A stretch of DNA of 54,023 nucleotides from Blastocatellia bacterium. Lineage in GTDB: Bacteria > Acidobacteriota > Blastocatellia > RBC074. The notes under the pieces are model-generated. The model had not been told where the DNA came from and did not search any database. It saw only the letters and a program-made list of their open reading frames with translations. Numbering within the stretch: the stretch's first letter is position 1; every line of letters begins with the position of its first letter. Both the position numbers and the translations under genes were made by a program. Below are positions 22,199 to 32,204 of this stretch, one piece after another. The DNA lies in NCBI GenBank assembly GCA_043775925.1, contig JAYVRW010000291.1:1-54023 (forward strand), read 5' to 3'.

Positions 22199-22738
22199 TT
22201 ATCCTACCAATTCCACTTTCTTTTCATTATACAAATCAATGCTGCGTTCGATGATATTGCAAGCGTCAATTCTGCCCATAAATCGTTCGACTTTGACCTT
22301 TTTATTTTCCAGCGCTTTGTAATCTTCAAAGAAGCGTTGCACGGATTTCAGGCGGTGTTCCGGCAGTTCTGAAATGTCACGATAGTGCCTGTATTCAGGG
22401 TCATCGGCGTGAACGGCAATGATTTTGTCATCTTCTTCATTCTCGTCAATCATCTGCATGACGCCGATGGTTTTGGCACGAATGATGCACAGCGGAACGA
22501 CTTCGGTTTGACCTAAAACCAATACGTCTAACGGGTCATTATCATCGCAATACGTGCGCGGCAAAAAACCGTAGTTGGCGGGATAATGCACGGCGCTGAA
22601 CAGCACACGATCTACGCGTAACAATCCGGTCACTTTATCCATTTCATATTTGACGTTGGAGCCAATCGGGATTTCAATCACTGCATTAAAATATTCGGGA
22701 CAATCCTTACCAAGCTCAACATCGTGCCAGGGATTCAT
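22199..22738 (-). CDS. ppa: Inorganic pyrophosphatase (family I)
   Basis: [42 protein letters not shown]. Confidence 0.96.
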   Translation of the reverse strand: MNPWHDVELGKDCPEYFNAVIEIPIGSNVKYEMDKVTGLLRVDRVLFSAVHYPANYGFLPRTYCDDNDPLDVLVLGQTEVVPLCIIRAKTIGVMQMIDENEEDDKIIAVHADDPEYRHYRDISELPEHRLKSVQRFFEDYKALENKKVKVERFMGRIDACNIIERSIDLYNEKKVELVG

Positions 22739-22754
22739 TCATTCTCCTTAAATG

Positions 22755-22890
22755 CAGTTCGCAGTAAGAAAAGTTCGCGGTTCGCAGAAAAAGTAGTTCG
22801 CAGTCTTCTGATGACAACTAAATTCCTGCGAACTGTGAACTACCAACTGTGAACTTTCTTACTGCGAACTGCGAACTATTAACTGCGAAC
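22755..22890. repeat. Inverted GTTCGCA/TGCGAAC repeat array
   Basis: AAGTTCGCGGTTCGCAG (identical to 12825-12841) ... CTGCGAACTGTGAAC..CTGCGAACTGCGAAC. Confidence 0.8.
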
Positions 22891-23394
22891 TAATTGCTTT
22901 GGTGTCATCATCCACCGCATTATACCGTTTCCACGCGATGGTAAGCCATCAATTTCAATCGAACAGAGCGTACCTTTTTTGAATTCAAAGTGCGTATTCA
23001 TTTCACCCGTCAATAAAATCGAAGCCATCTCAGACATATCCGGCATGTGACCTACGATCAACGCCTTGGCAAAATCGTAGGCTCCGATGTCAATGAAGAC
23101 TTGAGGCTTACGATAAGGCGGCTGCGCGAAGGGCTTACCCGCTGCGAGATTTTCAATCGTAATAATATTGTCGGCATCAAATTTATAAACTTCAGCGACA
23201 GCCTGTGCGGTCTGCTGTGTGCGCAAATAAGGACTCGTAAAAATCTTGTCGAATTCGATGCCGAGTTTCTGCATGCCGTGCGCTTCGTCGCGTATTTTTT
23301 TCCATCCCTCTTTGGTCAAAGGACGATCTGCGTCACGCATCATCCCTGCGCTGAAATCGGCTGCGATGCCGTGTCTTAATAAATACAAATGCAT
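22879..23394 (-). CDS. sixA: Phosphohistidine phosphatase SixA
   Basis: YLLRHG, DRPLT, TSPYLRTQQTA, VGHMP. Confidence 0.88.
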   Translation of the reverse strand: MHLYLLRHGIAADFSAGMMRDADRPLTKEGWKKIRDEAHGMQKLGIEFDKIFTSPYLRTQQTAQAVAEVYKFDADNIITIENLAAGKPFAQPPYRKPQVFIDIGAYDFAKALIVGHMPDMSEMASILLTGEMNTHFEFKKGTLCSIEIDGLPSRGNGIMRWMMTPKQLVRS

Positions 23395-23395
23395 A

Positions 23396-24724
23396 TCAGT
23401 TATTGGTGTTCATCTTCGCCAGACGATAAATCAAAGCCCCTAAAAATCCTACTGCAATCACAATCACCGACCATAACCAGATAGGATTTCGCGGACTCTC
23501 GGCTGTTTTAATTTCTGATATTAGCTCCAATTTTGTTTCATTGCCAAGCTGGAGTTTTGTCAAATTAGTAGTTTTCAAATACGCCGAAAGTTGCGCCAGA
23601 TCGTACTGCGGAGATGTCGCTTTTTCATTGCCGTACATCAACTTGTAGCTTCTACCCGCTTCGCGTTTGAAAAGCAACAGACGCGGGTAGCCACTGACTT
23701 TGACGCCACGAATTTTCAACGGTTGATCGTCATAGTTATAAATTTTGATGCGGAGCAAACCGGAATGTGCTTCGGTATATTCAATGGTCAGATTACGTGC
23801 TTTGACACGATCAATGTTGATGTCGAAGATGTTGCCGGAAGTAATACTATTACACCGTAAGTCATTATTTTTAGGTGTTGAGATGCAACTCTCGATTTCT
23901 ACACGGCGATGGAAGCTTATATGATCACCGGGAATATCAACATTATAAGCTGGCAAGTTTAGCCGCAAATCGGTGTTTTGAGGAAAAAACTCAACTTGAG
24001 AGCTTGGCATTTTCGAGTGGTCAACTTTGACCGTTATGACAGTGGCACGCAGTCTTGCATCTTGCGTCTGAGAAATTATTTCTGACGATAGAAAGCTGGG
24101 AGAATGAATTAACTGTTGAGTTGGTATTAGTTCAATTGACGAGATCGAAAGCGGCGCTTCATTTTTATCAAAAATCGTGACGCGCAAATAACGATAACTC
24201 GTAGATTTGAAATTTACCTTGAGAGACTGCGCCGTTTCATCACGGCTGAAATCCATCACGTAGCCGTCATCGCGCAACATCTCCCAGACGCCGTTGTTAC
24301 TACCTTCGACTGTGACACGCCGCGAGAAATTTCTTGACTCAGTTGAAATCTGAAGCCCGTTGTAATTGTCGGTTTCACCAGCGTCTACGGTATAAATCGA
24401 ACGTCCTTTTTCTACCTGATGATTAATAATTTTGGCTTGGAGCGGTGCGTGAACTTCAGAAGAAATTTGTTGCACCATAGAAGCGACTTCGATACCACGA
24501 TCATCAATAATGCGCAAATCATTCAGCGAAGTCGGCGCGTGTTCATACACCTGACCATCCAATTCTATGGTTGCATATTCGTCAGGCGCATTAGAATTCG
24601 GTACAATGATGTCACGTGAGTAAGCCCATTTTCCGAGGGTAAAATCCGCTGCCGCAAAAAATGGCAAATAACACAGAGCCATCATCAGTCCAACGATGCC
24701 AATTGTAATTTTCCTATTTCTCAT
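23396..24724 (-). CDS. DUF3999-like exported protein with C-terminal TM anchor
   Basis: Signal peptide; DLRIID, LLRIKIYNYDDQPL, YKLMYGN..PQYDL, C-terminal WLWSVIV; coupled to the DUF2339 gene. Confidence 0.75.
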   Translation of the reverse strand: MRNRKITIGIVGLMMALCYLPFFAAADFTLGKWAYSRDIIVPNSNAPDEYATIELDGQVYEHAPTSLNDLRIIDDRGIEVASMVQQISSEVHAPLQAKIINHQVEKGRSIYTVDAGETDNYNGLQISTESRNFSRRVTVEGSNNGVWEMLRDDGYVMDFSRDETAQSLKVNFKSTSYRYLRVTIFDKNEAPLSISSIELIPTQQLIHSPSFLSSEIISQTQDARLRATVITVKVDHSKMPSSQVEFFPQNTDLRLNLPAYNVDIPGDHISFHRRVEIESCISTPKNNDLRCNSITSGNIFDINIDRVKARNLTIEYTEAHSGLLRIKIYNYDDQPLKIRGVKVSGYPRLLLFKREAGRSYKLMYGNEKATSPQYDLAQLSAYLKTTNLTKLQLGNETKLELISEIKTAESPRNPIWLWSVIVIAVGFLGALIYRLAKMNTNN

Positions 24725-27089
24725 TCTTCTTCTGCCAGTGTTGATACATAAATGAAACTCCCAACAAAATCGCGCCCAGCACAATAAACGAGACGATGCG
24801 GTAGATTTTATCAAGTGACGATAAATCCAACAGAAAAACCTTGAGCGTCGTGACAGCCAATAAAATCAAGCCCATCAGTCGCAACAGCTTGCTGGATCGG
24901 ATGAGTCCGGCGACTAACATTGCACCTCCGTACAGCATCCAGATAATTGAAAGCGACAGTCGTTGCGACAAAATATAATCGCGTACACCTTCGACAATCG
25001 CAGGATTACGCGTCGGAGAATAATATCCCGAAGCTTCCAACGTAAGCGCCGCCAAAGCCAGAACATTCGCCGCAATCGTCAATACATGATAAGCGTCATT
25101 TGATTCTTTTGGATTGAGTCCTTCGCTCTTTCGTGAATAAAAGTAACGCCCGATGAAAAGGGCTGCGACCAGTGCAGCAAAGGCGAAAAATGTTTTATTC
25201 AAAAATATTGTATGACTCGGATCATCGAAGTATGGAGCATTAACTACGATCAATTTTACGGTGGCGAGCGCCAATAAAATTAACCCACCGACGCGCATCC
25301 AGAAGTTTTTGCGAATCACTCCCAAGCACAACGCAACTCCCCCATACAAGGTGAAGAGCAACGATAGCGCCAACTGCTTTGACTCTTCAAGAGGATGATT
25401 GTGAGCATCAAGCGTAGCCCAATCAATTACTTGTGATTCTGTCGAATCAAGCTGGCTATAATTCGGGACGATTCTCTTTTGCTCAAAGAAATCATTGATG
25501 TCCATTGATAAAAAGAGAATCACCAGCACATTCGCTGCAGCTAGAAAAACCGCGCGAAGAGTTTTGGATTCAGCTTCATCATTTTCTTCTCTGGAATGTA
25601 GCCACGAAGCCACGATCAACGAAATAACCAATGCGACTGCGGAGAACGCCCGACGATTAAAGAGAGGCGTAAAACTGCTACCAGAAATGTAGCCAAAATC
25701 CTGAGCATCAAACATCAGCCAATGCACCGCCGCAATCGTGAAGATGACAAAGGCGGCGCGATACGTGGTGCGGTCTTTGGCTTGCAATCCAATCCACGTC
25801 AGAATCACTCCCTCAATGGCCCACGCCATTGTGACCCAATGCTGATCTAATTGGATCGGAATCGCTAAGGTCAAAAACAAACTGGCGAGTCCTAGAAATG
25901 TCAAAATTAAGAATTTATCTTCGCGGTCGCGGCTATACGTCAGATAGCCCAAACCCAGATAAAATGCTGATAAGACGACGGCGAATAGTCCGAGATACGG
26001 ATGAAATTTCGGTGATAATAAACCGTAGCTCGCGCCGAAATACATAAAGGCATTCGAGAAGATCAACGAGATTTCAGGGTATTCAATCGGACGGCGATGG
26101 ATGATGTTATGAAAGACGGCGAGCAATGCGAAAATCACAAACAACACCGTGAAGAAAAAGATCGTCGTACCTAATTTTTCCGGTTTGTACCATTCGATGT
26201 ACCACGCCGCGCTCATCAAAATTGTTGCGCCGTAGGTCAAATAATTCATGATGCGCCACTGTTTGAAATACGCGACAGCCAGCACGCCAAGATTGAGCAA
26301 CGTGATGTAGCTGAATAATCCAACCTGATTATCTACACCGGTCGAAAGCATCACGGGAGTCAGGAATCCGCCGATGATTCCGAGGATGGCAATGGCAATC
26401 GCGTTGTAACGCGCAGCCAATAAAACCGAAGTCATCGTGACCATTGTCATTAAAGCAAAGGCAGGGAATTGCCCGATAATTCCGTAGCGGGCAAACGCCG
26501 CAAAAAACGTCAAATACAAAATCGCTATGCCGCCGCCGGAGAGTCCTTGCGCGTAATGTTTATAATCAAATGAGCGAAGTTTTTCTCCGCCGATGAGAAA
26601 GCCAATACCGATGATGACGCCAAGGGCAACACGTCCGGTTGGCCCAATCCATTCGCGCTCAAACGCCAGCTTTAAAAAAAATCCAATGCCAATCACAATG
26701 GCTAAAATACCAATTCGGTTGAACCAATTCGCGCCGATTAACGATTCAAGATTGACGCCGTCAAGGTTGATCGCAGATTTTTCTTCAGGGAGGAATTGCG
26801 GCGCACGGGGTTCAACAGGTGGAGGCTTTGGCGCTATATTGACAGGCTCTGGCGCGATTTCTTCAACTTTTGCAATAACTGGTTCTGTTACTAAAGGAGC
26901 AGGTATAACTTCAGGTGGAGCTACAACTGGTTCAGGTTCAATTGGCTGCGGAGCCTGGTATTTTTGCGCGAGTCCGAGGCGTTCTTCAATGGTGTAGATG
27001 CGCTGTGTTTGTTCGCGCAAATGTCGCTCAATGAAATCCAGCCGTTGCCATAATTGTTTGTTCATTGGTTGCGATTGCTCTTCATTCAT
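24714..27089 (-). CDS. DUF2339 polytopic membrane protein
   Basis: LESLIGANWFNRIG, GGFLTP, KVFLLDLSSL..YRIVSFIVLGAILL. Confidence 0.88.
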   Translation of the reverse strand: MNEEQSQPMNKQLWQRLDFIERHLREQTQRIYTIEERLGLAQKYQAPQPIEPEPVVAPPEVIPAPLVTEPVIAKVEEIAPEPVNIAPKPPPVEPRAPQFLPEEKSAINLDGVNLESLIGANWFNRIGILAIVIGIGFFLKLAFEREWIGPTGRVALGVIIGIGFLIGGEKLRSFDYKHYAQGLSGGGIAILYLTFFAAFARYGIIGQFPAFALMTMVTMTSVLLAARYNAIAIAILGIIGGFLTPVMLSTGVDNQVGLFSYITLLNLGVLAVAYFKQWRIMNYLTYGATILMSAAWYIEWYKPEKLGTTIFFFTVLFVIFALLAVFHNIIHRRPIEYPEISLIFSNAFMYFGASYGLLSPKFHPYLGLFAVVLSAFYLGLGYLTYSRDREDKFLILTFLGLASLFLTLAIPIQLDQHWVTMAWAIEGVILTWIGLQAKDRTTYRAAFVIFTIAAVHWLMFDAQDFGYISGSSFTPLFNRRAFSAVALVISLIVASWLHSREENDEAESKTLRAVFLAAANVLVILFLSMDINDFFEQKRIVPNYSQLDSTESQVIDWATLDAHNHPLEESKQLALSLLFTLYGGVALCLGVIRKNFWMRVGGLILLALATVKLIVVNAPYFDDPSHTIFLNKTFFAFAALVAALFIGRYFYSRKSEGLNPKESNDAYHVLTIAANVLALAALTLEASGYYSPTRNPAIVEGVRDYILSQRLSLSIIWMLYGGAMLVAGLIRSSKLLRLMGLILLAVTTLKVFLLDLSSLDKIYRIVSFIVLGAILLGVSFMYQHWQKKNEK

Positions 27090-27175
27090 AGAAATTGCTC
27101 CTCAACTAACAACTGTACGCTGAGTTTTGAAAAGGGGGAATGAGATTGTGACAGTTACTGTATTGTCACAGCCAG

Positions 27176-29128
27176 CTAAATTCGCTGAAAGGCTTTATCA
27201 ATTTCTTTGGCTGTCATTCGTAAAATAATTGGTCTGCCGTGCGGACACGTCGCCGGATTATTGCATTTCAATAATTCATCTATCAACCAACGCATTTTTT
27301 CCGGCGTGAGGTTCATGTTGATTTTTATGGCAGCACGGCAGGCGAGTCCGGCGGCGATTTCGGCGCGGATTTCATCCATCGTCAGCCCGCGTCGTTCCTG
27401 CTCTATGGCTTCGAGCAGGGAAATTAACAATGCTTTCGCGGCTTCCTGCGGAATGGCGGCAGGGATGGATTTTACGGCAATCGTGCGACCTGAAAGTTGT
27501 CCGATTTCAAATCCGTTATTTTCAAATTCAGAAGAAAGTTGATCGAACGCCGAAGCCTGCGCCGGAGTCAGATCAATTGTTTCCGGTATCAACAAACGCT
27601 GCGATTGAATTTGTTTGCTGTTCAGGTTGCGCCAATGCTGCTCGAATAAAATTCGTTCGTGCGCGACGTGCTGGTCAATCAGCATAAAACCGACGCGATC
27701 AACGGCAATGATGAAGCTGTTGTGCATTTGACCCAGCGGTTTGATGTCGTCAGGAATTAACGAAAGATCGTTTGCGGGTTTGAGCGGAGAGTGCGAAAAA
27801 TCCGAACCTTTCGTGCCCAAACAACCAATCCGAACGCCGTAACGAATCTGCGCCGCGTCTGGATTAATTTCAGGCGCGATTTCAATTTCAGTTAAATTAA
27901 TGCGCTGTTGTTCTGAAGGCGACGGTGCTGATGTCACTTCAATTGAAGGAACTTCTTCCTGCTGTGAACTGCCTGCTGCGAACTGAAGAGCCGACAACAT
28001 TTCTTCCCGCGAAAGCTGCGGCGGTTGATAGGCTCCGATGGATGGACTAGCTGGCTGACCAGTGAAATCAGGTCTTTCGTGAACTTTTGGAATTATCAAG
28101 CTCGCAGGTTCAAGGCTCATCATTGGCGTGACTGCGGCTTTGGCTCCGCCGATGGAAGCTCGAATCGCATCGCGGACAGTGTCGTGAACAATGGTTGAGC
28201 GCACAAAACGAACTTCGGTTTTTGCCGGATGAACATTGACATCAACTTCATCTGGTGGAAGTTCGACGAAGATCATGGCGGACGGGTAAACTCCTGCGGG
28301 CATCATCGCACGGAAGGCTTCAGTCAACGCTCGGCTTAAAACTTTATCGCGGACGAAGCGACCATTGACGAAAAAATATTGTGAGTCACGCGTGGTGCGG
28401 ACTACGGATGGCGAAGAGACAAAACCACTGACGCGAATGGAACCGACTTCGCCGAAGACTTCGATAAGGGCGTCTACAAAATCTCCGCCGAACAATTGAT
28501 AAGCACGTTCGCGCAACGTTTCTACCGGCGAAGCGCTAATGCTTTCGCGTCCATTATTGGTCAGCGTGAACGCAATTTTCGGATTTGCCAGCGCGTAGTG
28601 CGTGACTAAATTCGCAATGTGAAAACTTTCCGTCGCTTCGGATTTTAGAAATTTCAAACGCGCCGGAACATTGAAAAACAAGCTGCGAATTTCAAATTCT
28701 GTCCCGCGTGTAAAAGCGACTTCTTTGACGTTGAGCAATTTTCCGCCATTGATTTCGACTTGCGCGCCGACGACATCATCTTTAGTTTGCGTGATTAATT
28801 TTACTTTACTGACCGAAGCGATGGACGCGAGCGCTTCGCCGCGAAAGCCGAGCGTGACGATTGCGCCTAAATCTTCCGCCGTTTTTATTTTGCTGGTCGC
28901 GTGACGTTCAAAGGCCAGAATCGCATCATCGCGGATCATCCCTTCGCCGTCATCGGAAATTTTTATCAGGCGACGCCCACCGGATTCAATGTCTACACGG
29001 ATGTTTGCAGCTCCGGCGTCCAAAGAATTTTCGATGAGTTCTTTGACAATGGAAGCGGGTCGCTCGACGACTTCTCCGGCAGCGATTTGATTGGCAAGTT
29101 GATCTGGCAGTACGCGGATTTTTGACAT
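27176..29128 (-). CDS. mutL: DNA mismatch repair endonuclease MutL
   Basis: IAAGEVVERPAS, TLGFRGEALASI, VDVNVHPAK, endonuclease motif DQHVAHERILFE, ACR, CPHGRP. Confidence 0.98.
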   Translation of the reverse strand: MSKIRVLPDQLANQIAAGEVVERPASIVKELIENSLDAGAANIRVDIESGGRRLIKISDDGEGMIRDDAILAFERHATSKIKTAEDLGAIVTLGFRGEALASIASVSKVKLITQTKDDVVGAQVEINGGKLLNVKEVAFTRGTEFEIRSLFFNVPARLKFLKSEATESFHIANLVTHYALANPKIAFTLTNNGRESISASPVETLRERAYQLFGGDFVDALIEVFGEVGSIRVSGFVSSPSVVRTTRDSQYFFVNGRFVRDKVLSRALTEAFRAMMPAGVYPSAMIFVELPPDEVDVNVHPAKTEVRFVRSTIVHDTVRDAIRASIGGAKAAVTPMMSLEPASLIIPKVHERPDFTGQPASPSIGAYQPPQLSREEMLSALQFAAGSSQQEEVPSIEVTSAPSPSEQQRINLTEIEIAPEINPDAAQIRYGVRIGCLGTKGSDFSHSPLKPANDLSLIPDDIKPLGQMHNSFIIAVDRVGFMLIDQHVAHERILFEQHWRNLNSKQIQSQRLLIPETIDLTPAQASAFDQLSSEFENNGFEIGQLSGRTIAVKSIPAAIPQEAAKALLISLLEAIEQERRGLTMDEIRAEIAAGLACRAAIKINMNLTPEKMRWLIDELLKCNNPATCPHGRPIILRMTAKEIDKAFQRI

Positions 29129-29135
29129 TGGGAAA

Positions 29136-29654
29136 TTATTTTTGTGGAGCTACACCATATTTTGATCGCTCTATCAAAATTAATGATCTTGATCCATCAA
29201 GCTGTTGATAAATATCAAAGCCCATTCTAATCAGCATTGCGATTAAAAGTAAGGAGCCGAGAACGAAAAAAATTGCTCGGCAAAGTTTCAAGATGTTGTC
29301 TAACCAGTATCTGGCTGGCTTCAAATCTATATCCATAAACATCCCACGATGAATCGTCGTTAGAGCGAAAAACGGAAGTAAGAAAGCGACTGAAAACTGG
29401 ATCCAATCTAATGATTTTCCCACGACAAAAGAATCCAAATATTCTCCACCTATCGAAAGAAAGATAACATCCGTCAACTTTTTCACCCAACGTAAGCGTA
29501 AGCACCAAATGCTTTGCGCATCAGTATCCGGGCAAATTCCAGTTGCGACTGTAGCTGCTCTCGCCGCGAGTAAGCAATAAAAATTGAAAAAGACCGCGTG
29601 AATTACATACGCAGTCTCTTTCGATGGTCTGTATTCAAGAATTTTCATTCTCAC
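29136..29654 (-). CDS. Hypothetical membrane protein
   Basis: 172-aa ORF filling the gap between vapC and mutL on the operon strand; several hydrophobic segments; no family recognised. Confidence 0.45.
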   Translation of the reverse strand: MRMKILEYRPSKETAYVIHAVFFNFYCLLAARAATVATGICPDTDAQSIWCLRLRWVKKLTDVIFLSIGGEYLDSFVVGKSLDWIQFSVAFLLPFFALTTIHRGMFMDIDLKPARYWLDNILKLCRAIFFVLGSLLLIAMLIRMGFDIYQQLDGSRSLILIERSKYGVAPQK

Positions 29655-30092
29655 TCAAGTTGCCCAATCTTCGACTTTCAATCCTGTTACTTTACTGAAG
29701 TCTTTCAGATTGCGCGAAAGCAGCGTCGCGTTATTGGCAATGGCAATCGCCGCGATTTTCAAATCCATTGTGCCGATGCGGATACGAGCTTTCAGTAAAG
29801 CCTGAAATTGCAGCGCAGATTTTTCGTCAAAATCAATTACTGTGATTGTTCGATAATTTTCCAATAGTTGATTCAGTTTTCTGTAATCAACAACTTGCTG
29901 GGAAATGGTTTTCGCTTTCGCTAACCGAGCCATCCATCCACGAACTTGTTCTTCAAAAGTCACAACGGTTGTTACGGCTGAATTAGTAACAGATAATCGC
30001 TGATCCATCTGATTACGGATTTGATAACCTGCCTGGCTATCAAATCTTTCCAGCAAGCTCATGTGATCTGTATCAAGAATGTAAAGACTCAT
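29655..30092 (-). CDS. vapC: VapC PIN-domain toxin
   Basis: YILDTDH, TFEEQ, MDLKIAAIA, LSRNLKDF, VEDW. Confidence 0.92.
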   Translation of the reverse strand: MSLYILDTDHMSLLERFDSQAGYQIRNQMDQRLSVTNSAVTTVVTFEEQVRGWMARLAKAKTISQQVVDYRKLNQLLENYRTITVIDFDEKSALQFQALLKARIRIGTMDLKIAAIAIANNATLLSRNLKDFSKVTGLKVEDWAT

Positions 30093-30331
30093 GAATTACT
30101 CTTCGTGACAGATTTCCTGTTGGCTTTAGTAACAGATTTGGGGCGTAAGGATTCACGGTATTTGCGCCCTAATTTCATGGCGTCAGCATGCGCTGGATCA
30201 TTGGCAAATGTGCCAGAAATCTTATGCCACCATGGAATAGTAGTTGACTGAGTGCTGGAAATTTGAGCTTTTAAATTTTCTATTTCGGCTTCAATATTTG
30301 AAAGCCTTGCTTGAGTTTTTGATACTGCCAT
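30089..30331 (-). CDS. Antitoxin (VapB-like)
   Basis: 80 aa with ATGA overlap to vapC; coiled coil plus PWWHKISGTFANDP..AMKLGRKYRES. Confidence 0.8.
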   Translation of the reverse strand: MAVSKTQARLSNIEAEIENLKAQISSTQSTTIPWWHKISGTFANDPAHADAMKLGRKYRESLRPKSVTKANRKSVTKSNS

Positions 30332-30339
30332 AATTCCTC

Positions 30340-32121
30340 CTACAAAAATTGTACAGTCTTGATCTTCAATTCATCAAGCTGCTTCTTGTCCACTTCGCTG
30401 GGGCTGTCGGTCATCAAGTCGGAACCACTGGCGACTTTCGGGAACGCGATGACATCGCGTAAGGATTTCGCTCCTGCAAATAACATCACCATTCGATCAA
30501 GACCGAGCGCGATTCCTCCGTGCGGAGGTGTGCCGTAGCTTAATGCTTCTAAGAAAAATCCAAATTTTTCTTTGGCTTCTTCATCGCTCAAGCCTAACGC
30601 TTTGAAGATTTTTGTTTGAATATCAGAACGGTGAATTCGGATGGAACCGCCGCCGAGTTCGCTGCCATTCATGACTAAATCGTAGGCTTTGGCGCGGACT
30701 TTTCCTAAATCGCCTTCGAGCTTGTCAAGGTCTTCGTCAATCGGCGAAGTGAACGGATGGTGCATTGCGTAGTAGCGTTTGTCTTCGGGATGAAATTCAA
30801 ACATCGGGAAGTCTACGACCCACAGCATTTTGTGTTCGGCTTCGTTGATGAGATTTTCGCGGCGTGCGATTTCAAGGCGGACTTGTCCCATCGCGTTGCA
30901 GGCTACGTCCCACTTGCCGCCGATCATCAGAATTGAATCGCCAGCTTTCGCGCCTGTCAATTCAATCAAAGAATTCATGCCGTCTGCGCCTAAGAATTTT
31001 GTCAGCGCGGATTTATTTTCGTTCTCTAAAACTTGAATGTATGCGAGTCCGCCCGCGCCATGACGCTTCGCGTGTTCGCCAATTTCATCGTAGGTTTTGC
31101 GCGACCACGTAGCCGCGCCTTTCACGACGATGGCTTTGACTGCGCCGCCTTTGTTGACGGCCTCGGCAAAGACCGGAAAGGCGCTGCTGGCAAATTGCTC
31201 AGACAAATCCATCATCTCCAATCCAAAGCGCAAATCTGGTTTGTCAGAGCCGTATTTGTTCATTGCTTCGCTGTACGGCATGCGTTGAAATGGACGCGCC
31301 GGTTCAGCGATTCCCGCAACTTTGAAGCATTCACACACCATCGGCTCCAGAATGTCAAAAACATCGTCGGGCTGGACGAAGCTCATTTCCATATCAATTT
31401 GCGTGAACTCCGGTTGACGGTCGGCACGCAAATCTTCGTCGCGGAAACAACGCGCAATTTGAAAATATTTGTCATAGCCGCCGACCATCAACAGTTGTTT
31501 GAAGAGCTGTGGTGATTGCGGCAATGCATAAAATTTGCCTGCGGCGGTGCGTGCCGGAACTAAATAATCACGCGCGCCTTCTGGTGTAGATTTCGTCAAA
31601 ATCGGCGTTTCGATTTCAAAGAATCCGCGTGTGTCGAGATATTGCCGAACTGCTAAAGTCAGCTTATGACGCAGGCGAAAATTCTTTTGAATTTCGACGC
31701 GGCGCAAATCAAGGTAGCGATATTTCAGGCGCAGTTCTTCACTGGCGACGCAATTTTCCAGTTCAAATGGAGGCGTCTGCGCGTCGTTGAGAAATTTGAT
31801 TTCGGTCGCAGCGACTTCGACTTCGCCGGTTGCCATGACTGCGTTGAAATTCGCTTCATCACGTTTGACGCAATTGCCTGTGATGGAGATCACAAATTCA
31901 CGGCGCACCTGCTTGGCTTTGGCTAATAATTCGGCATTGACGCTCTCGTCAAAAACGATTTGCGTAATGCCTTCGCGGTCGCGCAGATGGATGAACAGCA
32001 ATTGCCCCTGATCGCGGTAGCTGTTGACCCAGCCCATCAAAGTGACGGTGTTTCCAGTGTGTTCCTGACGGAGTTCTCCGCAGTTATGAGTTCGTTTGGT
32101 TGATCCTAAATGGTCTAACAT
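30340..32121 (-). CDS. aspS: Aspartate--tRNA ligase
   Basis: RTHNCGELR, LKYRYLDLRR, STPEGARDYLV, FRDEDLRADRQPEFTQ, PPHGGIALGLDR. Confidence 0.98.
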   Translation of the reverse strand: MLDHLGSTKRTHNCGELRQEHTGNTVTLMGWVNSYRDQGQLLFIHLRDREGITQIVFDESVNAELLAKAKQVRREFVISITGNCVKRDEANFNAVMATGEVEVAATEIKFLNDAQTPPFELENCVASEELRLKYRYLDLRRVEIQKNFRLRHKLTLAVRQYLDTRGFFEIETPILTKSTPEGARDYLVPARTAAGKFYALPQSPQLFKQLLMVGGYDKYFQIARCFRDEDLRADRQPEFTQIDMEMSFVQPDDVFDILEPMVCECFKVAGIAEPARPFQRMPYSEAMNKYGSDKPDLRFGLEMMDLSEQFASSAFPVFAEAVNKGGAVKAIVVKGAATWSRKTYDEIGEHAKRHGAGGLAYIQVLENENKSALTKFLGADGMNSLIELTGAKAGDSILMIGGKWDVACNAMGQVRLEIARRENLINEAEHKMLWVVDFPMFEFHPEDKRYYAMHHPFTSPIDEDLDKLEGDLGKVRAKAYDLVMNGSELGGGSIRIHRSDIQTKIFKALGLSDEEAKEKFGFFLEALSYGTPPHGGIALGLDRMVMLFAGAKSLRDVIAFPKVASGSDLMTDSPSEVDKKQLDELKIKTVQFL

Positions 32122-32123
32122 AA

Positions 32124-32152
32124 GTGGTCGGTGGTCGGTGGTCGGTGGTCGG
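32124..32152. repeat. Heptamer tandem repeat (GTGGTCG)4 between hisS and aspS
   Basis: GTGGTCGGTGGTCGGTGGTCGGTGGTCGG. Confidence 0.85.
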
Positions 32153-32204
32153 TAATCTTCAGTTCCAAGCGAAGATCAAAACCCTAAAACCCATGACCAA
32201 TTTT

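Noticed and set aside
30340-32121. Assigning AspRS as discriminating or non-discriminating
   Set aside because: The diagnostic anticodon-domain residues are atypical (YRDQG; RDEAN), so this cannot be decided from the sequence alone.
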